A stretch of 64,000 nt of DNA, taken from the NCBI RefSeq assembly GCF_009914755.1, contig NC_060937.1; one strand, written 5' to 3'. The notes below the pieces were generated by a model that was given only the letters and a program-made list of their open reading frames with translations, did not search any database and was not told where the DNA came from. Positions 41,928 through 54,995 of this stretch are shown piece by piece (position 1 is the stretch's first letter; each line of letters starts with the position of its first letter). Position numbers and translations under genes: made by a program. Source of the stretch: the human T2T-CHM13v2.0 reference genome, Homo sapiens.

Positions 41928-42289
41928 AAGAAAACCTCAGGGCAAACACTTTAAGGGAAGAATATATGTGGAAGTTAGCAATCTAGAATTCTCTTAAAAC
42001 TGTCTCATTTGTGACTCTCTTGAAAAATGTTTGGGGACTCTTAGAATTTGCATGCCTTAATGCACAGGCCACTGCTCTAGGCCATTGCATTGACTCTATG
42101 GTTTCAAAGTAGCACTGTTTTAGATCGTTTCAAATTGAACCATCAAAAAAATAATTATTAAACATCTACCGTGTGACAGTCACTATTCTAGGAATTGAAA
42201 AGTAAAAGCACATCAAGTACTAATTACAAGACTATCTGATATAGATATCTATATTTTAAATCAAGAGGTTATTTCTGATTCCAGGCATA

Positions 42290-42870
42290 GATTTCCATTG
42301 CTTTTGTTTAACTGAAAGTGCCTTTATTTCTCACTCATTCAAATAATATTTTAATCTGGTGTACATAATCTTGACTGTGTTTTTCCCCAGCATTTGGAAA
42401 TTAATGTAACTATTTTCAGACTTCCATTCTTTTGGCAAACTATTTTTCTCTTTGCAAAGCCTGCAAATAATTTCTCTCTTTTGTAAATAATCCCGTTTTT
42501 CTTTGTAAATGTTGTGATTTTCTTTATTTTTTATTCTGTAGCTTCACTGTGAAAGTGTGAATTGTTAATTTTTAAAATTGCTAGTTTATTTTGCTGAATG
42601 GTCGTCATGTTTTTCCAGCTAAGAATTTATTTTTTCAATTCTGGAAAAATTTTCATCCAGTATCTTTGAATTTTGCCTCTTTTTTTGCTGCTCTGTCTCT
42701 TCAACACACATTAGTCATATTATCAAAAGGTTATTAGTCATGGCCTTTTCATTTTATCTTCTATGAGCTCTTGATTGCTCTTTCAGATTTTATATATGTA
42801 TCATATTTTTATTGTGTGCTACATGGAGGTGATTTCTCCAATTCATATGTTATTTGGTTAATTTTCACTC
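42290..42870 (-). mobile_element. Ancient L1ME/HAL1-like ORF1 fragment
   Basis: CTGAAAGTGCCTTTATTTC...TTCAATTCTGGAAAAATTTTCATCCAGTATCTTTGAA resembles antisense old L1 ORF1. Confidence 0.5.
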
Positions 42871-43266
42871 TGCATATCTACAAATGCATTCTTATAATAT
42901 AAATAAAAACTCTATTACATATAAGAATATGTTGAAAAAGTTACACTTTATCTTTAAAAATTCCCCATTTTATAGTTTTTATAAAAATCCCTAATCATTG
43001 TATAAATTTCAAATTTCCATAAGGTAAGTAATTATGGTGTATATGCAAACTGACTTTCATTTATATTTCAATGTTTGAAAAATAAAGAAGCATATTAGTG
43101 GCATGTGTTTAATAACCACTTGAAAATGTAGAGTTTAAATAAAGTATCAAGTATTTTGTAATATATGTCTAATCTACATAAAAGTTATGCTACAGGTAGA
43201 GGAAAATAATTATACCAAGTAAAAGGGAAACATTAACAATATTCAGATGCCAAGTTCAGTAGATCA

Positions 43267-43678
<412 letters not shown>

Positions 43679-44169
43679 GAACTGAATTTTCAATTGAAAG
43701 TTTCCCTCAGGGCATAAACAGGCAAATGTTTACTTCTCAAATGCATGAGTAATGAGGAAAAATACAATGAAAGAAATAAGCTCATCCAAAAAATTCATGC
43801 AGGATGAGACATTTCTGTAAACAACATTGTGTAAATTATAATTTTATATTTTACTTGTCAAATATATTTCTCATTTACTATAAAATACAGTACCTAAATG
43901 ATTTCAATAATGTTTTTGAGAAACTAATATGCACAATTTTATGATTGAACTTTGGTATTGAATAGAAATATGCTTTATTATATTTTCTTCAATTAACACA
44001 GAAAAATGAAATAATTCAATAATATATCATGTTTCTAAAGAAAATCTTATATGGACATTTGAAGACAGTAAGGACCTCAACAACAACAAAAAATATTTAT
44101 AAGTAAATAATAATATGTGCCAACTTCTAAAATACTATGTTTGTTAAAGATCAGAAATAGTCTTGGTCT

Positions 44170-44312
44170 TCTGGGAATTTTTAACTTACTAGGGAGACAG
44201 AGTAGACAAATGACCATATAATTACAGATAAGATTTTAACCATGGCAAATGCTAGAAGAGAGAGGATGAATATTAGGGAATAGTGGGCAGGGCTCTGGGA
44301 GGTTAAAAATGG

Positions 44313-44343
<31 letters not shown>

Positions 44344-44940
44344 ATTATACTTTGAGTTCTAGGGTACATGTGCACAACGTGTGGGTTTCTTACATATGTA
44401 TACATGTGCCATGTTGGTGTGCTGCACCCATCAACTCATCATTTACATTAGGTATATCTCCTAATGCTGTCCCTCCCCCCTCTCCCCACCCCACAACAGG
44501 CCCCCGTGTGTGATGTTCCCCTTCCTGTGTCCATGTGTTCTCATTGTTCAATTCCCACCTATGAGTGAGAACATGCAGTGTTTGGTTTTTTGTCCTTGTG
44601 ATAGTTTGCTGAGAATGATGGTTTCCAGCTTCATCCATGTCCCTACAAAGGACATGAACTCATCATTTTTTATGGCTGCATAGTATTCCATGGTGTATAT
44701 GTGCCACAAAAATGGATTCTTAAATGGCATTGAGTTGAGATCTATGGGATAGGTGTGAATATTCAGAGCAACAGCGAGGATAAGCCTCTCAGGGAAAAAA
44801 AATCCTGTATTTAGTGCCAATGCAGAAGAAAGCAAGGTTGGTTCAAGGCAGGGAATGGAGTTCGAGTTTGGGACAAAATGATGATGAGAATGTGAAATGG
44901 GGCTGGAGAGGCAGAAGTGGATTGCAATACCTTGGTGCTA
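44170..44940 (-). mobile_element. L2 fragment hosting an L1PA insertion
   Basis: GGGAGACAGA...ATTGAGTTGAGATCT...GGGGCTGGAGAGGCAG, a purine-rich antisense L2 pattern on both sides of the L1. Confidence 0.5.
44315..44708 (-). mobile_element. L1PA4/5-like 3' end (5'-truncated) with tail converted to (TA)n
   Basis: ORF ends WMKLETIILSKLSQGQKTKHCMFSLIGGN. TSD AAAATGGAT at 44306-44314 and 44709-44717. Confidence 0.95.
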
Positions 44941-45210
44941 CTGCAACAACCACCCAGCCTCCAACTCAACAACAACAAGGCAGAGTTTGGAATTCAATTA
45001 GATGTACTTTGGCTTTGCTTTTCTTTTTGTTGTTGTTGTTTTTTTTTTTTTGGAAAGGGGCTTCGTAGTAAAAGTTAAGTATCTTTACTAATTTGTGAGT
45101 TCAAAATTCATCAGAGTATTTCTCTATTCATGTGTATTGTATCAGCAATCAAAAAATTTATGAGAGCAAATGGTTGCAATTTATTAAGGAATTTTTTAAA
45201 AAATTTTAAG

Positions 45211-45443
45211 AGAGCTCAACATTAAGCACACATGGACAAAAATATGAGAATAACAGACACCATGGACTACTAGAGGGGGTGAAGGGAGAAGGGCATGGGT
45301 TTAAGATCTACCTATGGGGCACTATACTCACTACCTGGGTGATGGGATCTGCACCCCTAACCTCAGCATCATGCAATATCCCCATGTAACAAACCTTCAC
45401 ATGTACCTCTTGTATCTGAAATAAAATTTGAAATTGAAAAAAA
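45211..45443 (+). mobile_element. L1PA15/16-like 3'UTR fragment
   Basis: GGACTACTAGAGGGG...CACTACCTGGGTGATGGGATC...AACCTCAGCATCATGCAATAT...AAATAAAATTTGAAATT. Confidence 0.85.
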
Positions 45444-45893
45444 GTCTCAAAGCATAGAAGCATATTAATGGAAGCAATCATACTTCTGTCACCATGGGTG
45501 TTAATACAGTTGTCCCAAGTTGTTGTTATTTTGCTGTCTACCCCACTCTCCTTTTGATGTATATGGATAATCTTCTTGCCAACCCAAGGGATGATCATTT
45601 CTTGGTCAGCCATGCCTTGGGTTCATGAGCATCACTGAATGTTGTGGAAAGGTGTCAACATGAAAAAACCCTGATAGACATAGAGCAAAGTGTTTCAGCA
45701 CTATGAGGGTCATCTCTGTTTAGCTAATCAGTTATTAAAGTGCTAAAGGGGCAACATTCTCTACCACCCCAAAATAAGAGCTGCAAAAGGAGAACCTGGG
45801 AGTAGGTAAAGCAAAGTTCTTAATTCTGTGAAGACGAGGTCATTTTTCTGGTAATGCTTCAGTTTGGGTAACATTAAAAGCTCTAGAAGAATT

Positions 45894-46205
45894 GGCCAGG
45901 TGCAGTGGTTCAGGCCTGTAATCCTAACACTTTGGGAGGCCAAGGTGGGTGGATTGCCTGAGCTCAGGAGTTCAAGACCAGCCTGGGCAACAACGGTGAT
46001 ACCCCATCTCTACTAAGATACAATAAATTAGCTGGGCATAGTGGCATGCACCTGTAGTCCCATAGTCTCAGCTACTTGGGAGACTGAGGCAGGAGAATCG
46101 CTTGAACCTGGGAGGTGGAGGTTTCAGTGAGCCGAGATCACACCACTGCACTCCAGCCTGGGAAAACAGAGAGAGACCTCATCTACAAAAAAAAAAAAAA
46201 AAAAA
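45894..46205 (+). mobile_element. AluS-type SINE
   Basis: Full dimer with poly-A; degenerate TSD AAAAGCTCTAGAAGAAT / AAAGGCTCTCAAAGAAT. Confidence 0.92.
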
Positions 46206-46906
46206 GGCTCTCAAAGAATAATCTCCACACTGGTCCCTCTCTGGAAGCCTAGAAGCTCCCTTATACATTTACCTTCTTCTAAGACAAGGCCCTTTTTATG
46301 GTTTCCCAGGTCTCTAGAACTTCATATATAATTCTCTACAGGTTTTCCTCCATTGTCTCTTGATACAAATACATGACTTTCAGCACATGTGTGTGCACAC
46401 GCACACCACACATACACACACACACTATTTTTCTTTGTCACCAATAGAGCTGAAAGAAACACTTTTAAAAGTCCAAATAGTTTATCAAACTACAGACTAA
46501 TTTTGTTCACCTCAAGGTAGTGAAGGCTGGTTTTAAACAATTCTTAGAAGTGAAGGAACTTTATTTCTGTCTAGGAAAAGATATTTTTCTTCCTTTAGTT
46601 GGTTGAGTCCCTCTAATGAATCAGATCAGTGCCGGATGGGCAGATGATGGCTGGGGAGGTAGAACACAGTGACGTTTCCATATTGAAGCTGGTTGAATAT
46701 TCACGTTCAACTTCCTTTCCATAATGTATTTGCTTTTGGTAATTTATGTCTGAACAATATTGATGCTTGTATTTGATGGAGTGAGGATTTTTTGGCAGAA
46801 AAAGCAAGTGATTTGTCTCAAAAATAAAATTCCATGCAGAAAACACATTTTTTGGTAAGTTAATGAGGAAAAAATCTGCTTGAAATTTTTGGCTTTAATT
46901 TAGAGC

Positions 46907-47453
46907 TGTATCAATCAGTATTTGATCAAGAAAGAGGAACCACTATTGGTATTTATAAATAAGAGATTTATTGTTGGAATTTGACTTTACTCAGTAGTAG
47001 AAGGAGGTGGGATGGTGAAGTCAGGAAAGAGAATGTGAAGGATCAGAGAGGTCCTAAGCAATCTCTGTGAAGCACTGTGATATGGTGAGTGGACAAGATG
47101 AGCTTGCAGAGAAAGATGTGAAGCCAGGCATGTGCAGCAGCTTCAATATAATCATGAAAGTGAATGGATGCCTAGGTGTGTATCAGGCTTTGCATCAGGT
47201 GGTGGCCTTGCTGTTGCTGTTGATTAGCACAGCAGGGGTCAGAGAAAGAGCTGGTCATGGAGGAACGTAGAGCAATGAAAAGCTGGACTTGGCCAGCACC
47301 TCTGTGTCTCATCAAAGAAACTCTCAGAGTATCATGATTTGCTGATTTGCTTCTACCTTGCAAACACTGAACAAACATTCATTTCTGAAATCTGTGCATA
47401 TTGGTTTCTTCATTAACTTTAACATAGAACATGGGATAATTAAGAGCCTCCAC
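46907..47453 (-). mobile_element. Old ERVL-class LTR, family uncertain
   Basis: Starts TGTATCAATCAG, has an antisense poly-A signal (TTTATT) near that end, and abuts ERVL internal sequence. Confidence 0.5.
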
Positions 47454-48800
47454 AGGGAATCATCTGTATTCCAGACATACTTCTCCCTCTTTCATGTTTT
47501 AGTAACAACCTTATTTATTTATTTATATTTATGAAGCCAGTCACTTTGTCCTGTATAATCACCCCTTTCTATGCCTACCATCTTGGGAGTCCAAGGAGAC
47601 CAAAGTGGCCAAGTGCAGTCTAAGCTTATAGTTTAATGGAATCATTACTCAGTTCACTAAGGGGAGGATTCTGCCCTTAGAAGCTAAGACCTCTAAACTA
47701 ACAAAGACCCTAATATTCATGAAAAGGAATTTTTTTCTAATAAATAAGCAGGTGTAATATGAAGAGGACCTACTCATATTTTCCTCCCTTGATTACCAGA
47801 CCCTTAAATCCTGGCTATGGGAGAAATATAAAGGATGTTCCTTTATGTCTACAAAATGTTATAATCCAGTTGTCACTATTATCAACTGATTGAAAGGTCA
47901 TCCCTCCATTCCATCAAGCCAGCTGCTTCAAGGTAACATGAAACGTTGGGTCCAGTGAATTCCATATCCCCAAATCCATTGTCATGCTTTTTATATGCAG
48001 TAAAGTGAATTATCCGATCAGAAGCAATGCTATGATAAATAACATGACAATGAATAATGCTGTTGTAAATCTTTGAATAGTGATTTCAGCAGGTGCATTA
48101 GAAACAGGAAGACAAATCTGTATCCAGAGTGTCTATTCCCATGTGAACAAAGTCTTGCACTTCTCTTGATGAAAATGATCCAATGCAATCAACAAGACCA
48201 ATGCAATCAACCTAGCTGCATATTTCCTCAGAGAATGGTGCTGTAGCATAGGGTACTCCCCAGAATTTTTCGTCACCAATTTTCCAATTGTGTTTCTTCT
48301 AAGCACATATTCATATAAATTGATAGCCACTGCCCATGTATTGAAGTAGATCTGTTCTTAAATGATGTCTCTTTCTCTTTCCAGGCAAAACAATAGGTTC
48401 ACTGCTGCAAGTAATGCCAACTGGGAGGATTTCCTTTCAGCAGTGTTCTTTAGGGCCTCCCATGAGTAGGACTATCATGCTGAAACAGTCCTCTTCTGAG
48501 TAGTGCCCATATATCATGCAGAACCACCTGTGCACCAGGTCTAATTCTTCATTCTCAAAGTCTTCATTGGGACTACACAACTAACACGTTGCTAATATAA
48601 TTAGCATGTGTGTGCCTTCTGGGCCTACTCACATCATATTCTTTTTCTATGGAGTACTACCGTTCACACCTAAATTGACTCTGCAATTGTGTCATTTAAA
48701 AAAACAAAAACAAAAACAAACAAAAGTGAGTCTTCAGACATATTTTCTGGAGACTTCTTGACCAGCATTTCCTTCTGTACTCCTCATTTAGGTTTCTCTA
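47454..48800 (-). mobile_element. Degenerate ERVL internal region (integrase/3' pol)
   Basis: AGTAAAGTGAATTATCCGATCAGAAGCAATGCTATG translates on the minus strand as HSIASDRIIHFT, compare ERVL HSIASDQGTHFT. CCAAAGTGGCCAAGTGCAGTCT resembles the PPGHFG region. Confidence 0.75.
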
Positions 48801-50687
48801 CTATTTGATTAAATTTGCTTCATCGAAGAACAGTCTCAAATTTTGAGTAAAAATTTAGTTCTGCCAGTGATAGACTTGCTCATGGCAAAAATGTTGTGGT
48901 TTTCGTTACATTGCATCTAATCACTTCTTTTCATGGTCACTGTCTAAACCAGGTGGAAGAATGGCTTCAATTTTCCTTCTAAGAGGAAGGTCAGGTTATT
49001 AACCTGACCATTGTTTCCAGAGGGTGAAATTCAGCCAACATCTGTCTTATATTTGTCTATTCACTTAGATCTGTAGAGAAAGAGAATATCAAAAATAAAA
49101 TTCTCATGTTGCAGGTGGATACTCTTCAAAAAAGTTTTACCATAATCTTTCAGCTAAGAATTTTATTTTCTCATTTTATTTTCTAATATTGCATAATTTT
49201 AAGGTTTTATAATCAACTATTATGAGTGATTGGCAAAAGTTCAGTGTGTATATTATATTTGGGATTGAATAGGTATCTTTTTTATACAGATATAGAACAA
49301 TAAGACCAACATAAGTACATGATCCTTTGCTTATATTAATTTAACTAATATTTAAAATGATATTTACTTATTCTTGATTATGTTTTTTACAAATGCTAGG
49401 CAAGCTCTCTAAAATTATTAATTTAAGATGCATTAAACCTGCTTAATTTCCTATCTATAAATATGGTAAAACTAATTTCACTAGCATGCTATAATCATAT
49501 AAAAGTTTACATATGGTTATATAAATAGATGCAAATATAATTGGTATGTGTATATATTCACATGGGTGCATATATGTACATATACATTTTTAATATCAAC
49601 ATTTAAATTAAGCATTTTCTATTTGCAAAACAAAGTAATTTGTAATATAAAATGTTAAATATATATTTTTGAAACATATAAATACTTGAAGTGTTAGTTT
49701 CATGAATATTCTTGAAGTGTAAGTGTAGTTTAGTTTTTGGCAGATAATTTTTAGAGCAATTTTAAAATTAAAAGCTGCCAAATATCATTTATTCCTTTTT
49801 ACTAGGAAAATAAATGCAATGGATAATGGAAAACTTGCTTCAATTTTGAAAGTATTTAAATTATTTCTTCATCAAATAGAAAAACTGGCCCATTGAATTT
49901 TATTATTTTTATTTCCTTTTAAGATGGAGATAACAATGAATTCCGAATAGTAAAATGATAGGTGATAGAGAAAAGGCAAAAAAAAAAAAAAAAAAAGATT
50001 AAATCATTAAATAATAAGATAGCTGAATATCTATAAATTAATATCAGAAGTAGAACTGGAATAAAACTTCACACTATGTCCATGTAAGTGTTTACAAAAT
50101 GCCTCACTAAAAGAACAGACCTGATTTCTGAAGGATTTATTGTGCAAAGTAACTTTGTTAACAAGTACAATAAATTAAGTCTAATTTTCCCCTTGAGTTT
50201 TTATCCATTTAAATCTACCAACATAATTGCTCCTAGTCCTATTATATATTTGAATATAATTTATTTCTAAAATATCTGAAAAATATTTTAAATAAAGAAT
50301 TGGGCTTTTATATGGTTATCTGGCTAGTAATAATCACAAGTATTTATGTAAAGAACAATGCAGAAAGCTTATAGCAACTGCGTGCAGTGAGCTTATGGAC
50401 CTGGAACCTGGGGGTGTATTAGTTTATGTCCACGATTCTGCTAACTCACTTTGAACCTAAGGCTGACATGGAAGATGCAGGATACCTAGAGAAATCTAAA
50501 TTTCATATAAACAACAAATCATGTTGTATTAGTTTGTTCTCACACTACTATAAAGAACTACCTGAGACTGGATAATTTATCAAGGAAACAGGTTTAATTG
50601 ACTCATAGTTGTGCAGGGCTGGGGAGGCATCAGGAAACTTACAATCATGGTGGAAGGGAAAGCAAACACGTTCTTCTTCACGCGGCG

Positions 50688-51495
50688 TGATAGAGGAGGC
50701 GGGCAGGGAAGTGCTGGGAAGGGAAGGACTTGGTCCCTGGTGAGGGCTCCTCCGAGCCTATGCCCACGGACCTAGGTGAGGACAGTCACTCGTGCCTTCA
50801 TGCCCAAATGTTGCATTTCCCAAGACTACCCTGGCCCACCATGCTCCCATCCTGTGCCTATAAAAACCTCAAGAACCTAGCAGGCAGCCACACAAGCGGC
50901 TGGACGTGGGGAGGAGTGGATCAGTGGAAGAAGACACAAGTGGCTGGACGTCAGGAGAATGTCCAGGGGAGCACGCTGGCAGAAGAGCCCACTGACAGAC
51001 GCCAGCACATAGGCAGGCCATTTACTGGTGGAATTATGCAGTTGTTGGGGGGCAGGTGTCAGAGAAGTGTCAGGCGCTTGGCTGCCTGACTCCATGGGAA
51101 AACCATCTCCCTTCTGGGTTTCCCATCTTCTGAGAGCTACTTCCACTTAATAAAACCTTGCACTCATCCCCCAAGCCCACCCGTGTTCTGATTCTTCCAG
51201 TACACCAAGGCAAGAACCCCGGGATACAGAAAGCCGTCTGTCCTTGCAACAAAGTAGAGGGTCTAATTAAGCTGGTAAACACAAGCTGCCTACGGACGGC
51301 TGAACTAAAAGAGCACCCTGTAGCACACACCCACTGGGGCCTCAGCTATCAACATTCACCTGTAGACACTGCTGTGGGGTCAGAGCCCCACAGTCTGCCC
51401 ATCTGTATGCTCCCCTGGAGGTTTGAGCAGCGGGGCACTGAAGAAGCAAGCCACACACACACTGTGAGGGAGACAAAGGAACTTTTCCTGTTGCA
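50688..51495 (+). mobile_element. LTR1-family (ERV1 class) solo LTR
   Basis: TGATAGAGG...TTGCA ends, TATAAAAA at 50859-50866, AATAAA at 51149-51154. GGACCTAGGTGAGGACAG and CACAAGCGGCTGGACGT match recalled LTR1B/D consensus. Confidence 0.82.
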
Positions 51496-51607
51496 GCAGC
51501 AGGAAAGAGAAGCACCAAGCAAAGTGGGAAAAGCCCCTTATAAGACCATCAGATCTTGTGAGAACTCACTCACTATCATGAGAACAGCATGGTGGTGACT
51601 ACCCCCA

Positions 51608-51618
51608 TGATTCAATTA
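51608..51618 (-). promoter_or_regulatory. DUX4 consensus motif TAATTGAATCA in THE1 U3 (motif match only)
   Basis: TGATTCAATTA on the + strand. DUX4 is known to bind this motif in THE1/MaLR LTRs; occupancy here is unknown. Confidence 0.5.
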
Positions 51619-53112
51619 CTTCCCACCAGATCCCTCCCATGACATATGGGGAGTATCAGAACTACAATTCAAGGTGCGATTTGGGTGGGGACACAGCCAA
51701 ACCATATCACATGTTTTACTATAAATATGCCATATGTAAGATTTAGGACATCACTCCAAAACATGATTAACTAAACATTCTATATTTTTGTTGGTTAAAT
51801 CTGATCTATGGAAGCCTTATTCTTTTTTGGTTAGTCCATCAGAGATGTTCTTGAGAATAAAGACATTATAGCCTTATCTTCTATATAGCCTTGTCTTGTC
51901 CAATTAATCTTAAATCATGCATGCCTAGATTCTCTGAGCATTAAAATTTACGTGGTCCCTGTTACACAAATTCTTCTAAATGAATCATAGCAGCATCACC
52001 ATAACAAGAGTTTTCATCATACGTAACATTCAAAATTATGCAGTTTTGGAATAGTTGTTCTTATTAGAAAGAGATACTCTTATCTGTACATGTGAGTTTT
52101 TTTTTCTACAAGATATCATTTCCAATGTCTTTCCATTTTAACTCAGTGTTCAAGGAGGCAAAACAGAATTAGAGACAAGACAGAAGCATGTTCTCATGTC
52201 ATGTTCTCATGGAGAGTGGCTATCTTTCTGAATTGGAATCACCTGATAACCCACTCAACTAGCTCATTGACTAGACGATTAACAGCTGACAGGTTAGTGA
52301 TGTTTAGTAAATGCAGTAAATGTGATTGGAAGTGATGAGGTAGGAGTTACTCTATAAAACAGAATGACAGAGGTTTTGTCTATAAAACATTAGACTATGT
52401 AGACTATTAACTCTATGGAAACCTAATAAGCCATGTTTACTTTATTTAACCTATCCCAAGTAATTTTAGGCTGCTTTAGCCATTATGTGGTTTCTCCAAG
52501 AATCATTGTGAAAAGTGATCGCATTTTATTTCTACTGACTTTGATGGTTTTGTTCTGCATTTCTTACTTAAAATGCTGCCTAAAGATAGGAAAAGATACC
52601 TTCTACAGTATAATTATCTGGGATGTCTTACATAAATGGTCTTAAAATAGATCTCTGGTGTGACAATCTTCTAATGCTCTCTTTTCAGGTTCTCATAGAA
52701 CATGCTATACGGAAATTTTCTTTTTATAGTTAATTATGCTTTCATGACAAAAGCCAAAGAGATAGCTAAAAACAAGCAGAATTCCTTATGAATTCTATGA
52801 ATTATGCAGAATAAGTTTCTCTCTGTTAAAGTAAAATTTGCTTTAGCAAATATACTTGTGCTAAAATATCTTTTACTTATGTCTTATTTTCTAAGTATGA
52901 TCTGAAATTTTCTCTGTAGATTTGAGAAATTATCAGCTCTAATTTTTTTAGTCATGCTTATTCAATGGTCACTCTGTTTTTAACCATTACCATACAGTAT
53001 TTGGCACATAATCTAGTCATTTCTGAATTTAATTTCCAGAGAGGGGATGCACATAGTGTGAAGGACATCTTTCTTTTTATGAAGGTGTATTTAAGGAGCA
53101 AACAGCAAACTG

Positions 53113-53300
53113 TACTTAGAGTCTGATAATACTGGGTTTCAACCATAGCTTTCACATTTATAATCCTAAGGGATTTACCTAACCTTTCTGAGGTTCAGTT
53201 TTCTCATTCATAAAATGAAACAAAATAGATAATTCAAATATTTAATTTAAAGATTAAAGTCTTTAAAATATCAACGGGAGTGACTGATACTCAGTGAGTG
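53113..53300 (+). mobile_element. MIR SINE
   Basis: TTACCTAACCTTTCTGAGGTTCAGTTTTCTCATTCATAAAATG core. Confidence 0.75.
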
Positions 53301-54089
53301 CAGCAGTGATTATATCTGAGCCTCAAGTCCCCTGTGGGACAGGCTTTTTTATGGGTATCTCTCTAATTTTTCAGAAAACAAATGAAAATGAATCAAATGG
53401 AAATAATTTTAAAAAACTAAAAATTCAGCAATCACATATGGAACTGTTACTGAATGTTCTATAATATGCCAGATTTCAGATGATTTGTGTCCTTTTCTCT
53501 CTGAGTGAGTGGGTGTTGAGAAGCTTGGGGACTATCCTACAGCAGAACACCCAGCTTCACTGAATTGAGAGGCCCTGTCCAATGCGAATGATTCATTCCA
53601 CTTTCTCTTTCTAGAAACATCTACCATTTGGGGGGCTGCCCATATTTTCAGCCAATTTTCTCTCTCAGCCATACACCTGGAAGACTTGATACACCTATCA
53701 GCTCAGCACAGATATTAGAGCAGGTGATTTTAATATTTCTTCTACTTTAGAGCAAGTGACTTAAAAGGTAAGCCATTCTGGAATCCCGTTTAAGCTCTCG
53801 GCTACCATAAGTCAAGCAACATAGATGTGATTTCAGGGAGTTAGAACTAAAATTGCACATTGTTTCTGGTGTTTTTCTCATTTTAATAATTTAGATATTC
53901 TCCAAGGTGGCTACTCCTTGATTATACAGAACGAACAGATATTCCCAGCTTCATCCAATTTACTGTCAGTAGAAACTGACGATTGGTTTATTCTGAAATA
54001 ACTTTTCAATCATTTTACTTCCAGTTCAGTTAACTTCCCAATGTACCCTTTAATTTCAACATACTGTCAGACTTTTGACTTTACAACAT

Positions 54090-54745
54090 TTTTTTTAAAA
54101 AATAACTTTTTAAATTGATATATGCTTCTCATAACAATACACACCATTTTAGAATGAAAATCTTCATGGTTTTTAGCATGTTTACTGTTGTGCAACCATA
54201 ACCACTAGCTATTTCTACAACATTTTCATCACCCACAAAGGAAACTCTGTATCTATGATCAGATAGCTGTAAATTTCCCCTCCATACATACCCAGACAAC
54301 CACAATTCACATCCTCTATCTGTGGTTATGCATATTCTGGATGTTTTGAACAAATGAAATCATACAATAAGTGGCCTTTTGTGTCTGACTTTTATTACAT
54401 AGCATAATGTTTGAAAAGTTCATTCCATGTTGTAGCATGTAAGAGGGGTTTAATCTTTCTGTGACTGAAATCATTTCATTATATATCACACTTTTTACCT
54501 ATTAATTATTGTTTTTAAATGTTTCTCTTGCCTGCTCACAGCAGCTCTGCAGCCTTTCTACTGAATTTTTCATTTTAGTTATTGTAGTTTTCAACTCCAT
54601 AATTTTATATTTTATAATACCTGTCTTTTTATTAATATTCTCAGTCTCATGAAACATCAGTCTCACACTTTCCTTTAGTTCTTTGGACATGATTTTCTTT
54701 AGCTTGTTGAATACATTTAAAATAGCTGATTTGAAATTTTTGAGG
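54090..54745 (-). mobile_element. L1MB-like 3' end (54090-54503) joined to an L1M ORF1 N-terminal piece (54510-54745)
   Basis: TTGTGCAACCATAACCACT...ACATTTTCATCACCC...AAATGAAATCATACAAT. ORF 54502-54690 reads MSKELKES...MELKTTITKMKNSVERL. Confidence 0.8.
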
Positions 54746-54829
54746 CATGCCCTCAGTACTCAGGCAGGCGGTTTGCAACAGGGAGGATATAGCCGTTTTG
54801 CTCCCAGATGGAGTCTGATAATGTAATTA

Positions 54830-54995
54830 ACAAGGAAAAGAGCAGAGAGAATGAAAGAAGCCAGGTTCTGATGATGCCTATTGAGTCAGATAAACCTTGA
54901 TAAACCCTGTTTTTCTCAATTACACAAGCCAAAAAAGTAAACCTACTTGTGTTGTATTTTCTGATATTTGCATCCAAAACAGGCCAAAATGATAA
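54830..54995 (+). mobile_element. MLT1J/K-like LTR 3' fragment
   Basis: GAAAGAAGCCAGGTTCTGATGA...TCTCAATTACACAAGCCAA...ATTTTCTGATATTTGCATCCAAA. Confidence 0.45.

Larger units (their letters stand above)
50525..51709 (-). mobile_element. THE1C/D-like MaLR solo LTR, split by an LTR1 insertion
   Basis: TG..CA ends and perfect 5-bp TSD CATGT (50520-50524, 51710-51714). Halves 50525-50687 and 51496-51709 are colinear. Confidence 0.93.

Noticed and set aside
50730-51598. 119-aa and 146-aa ORFs
   Set aside because: Both lie within LTR sequence, have non-ATG starts and show no recognisable domain; higher GC explains their length.
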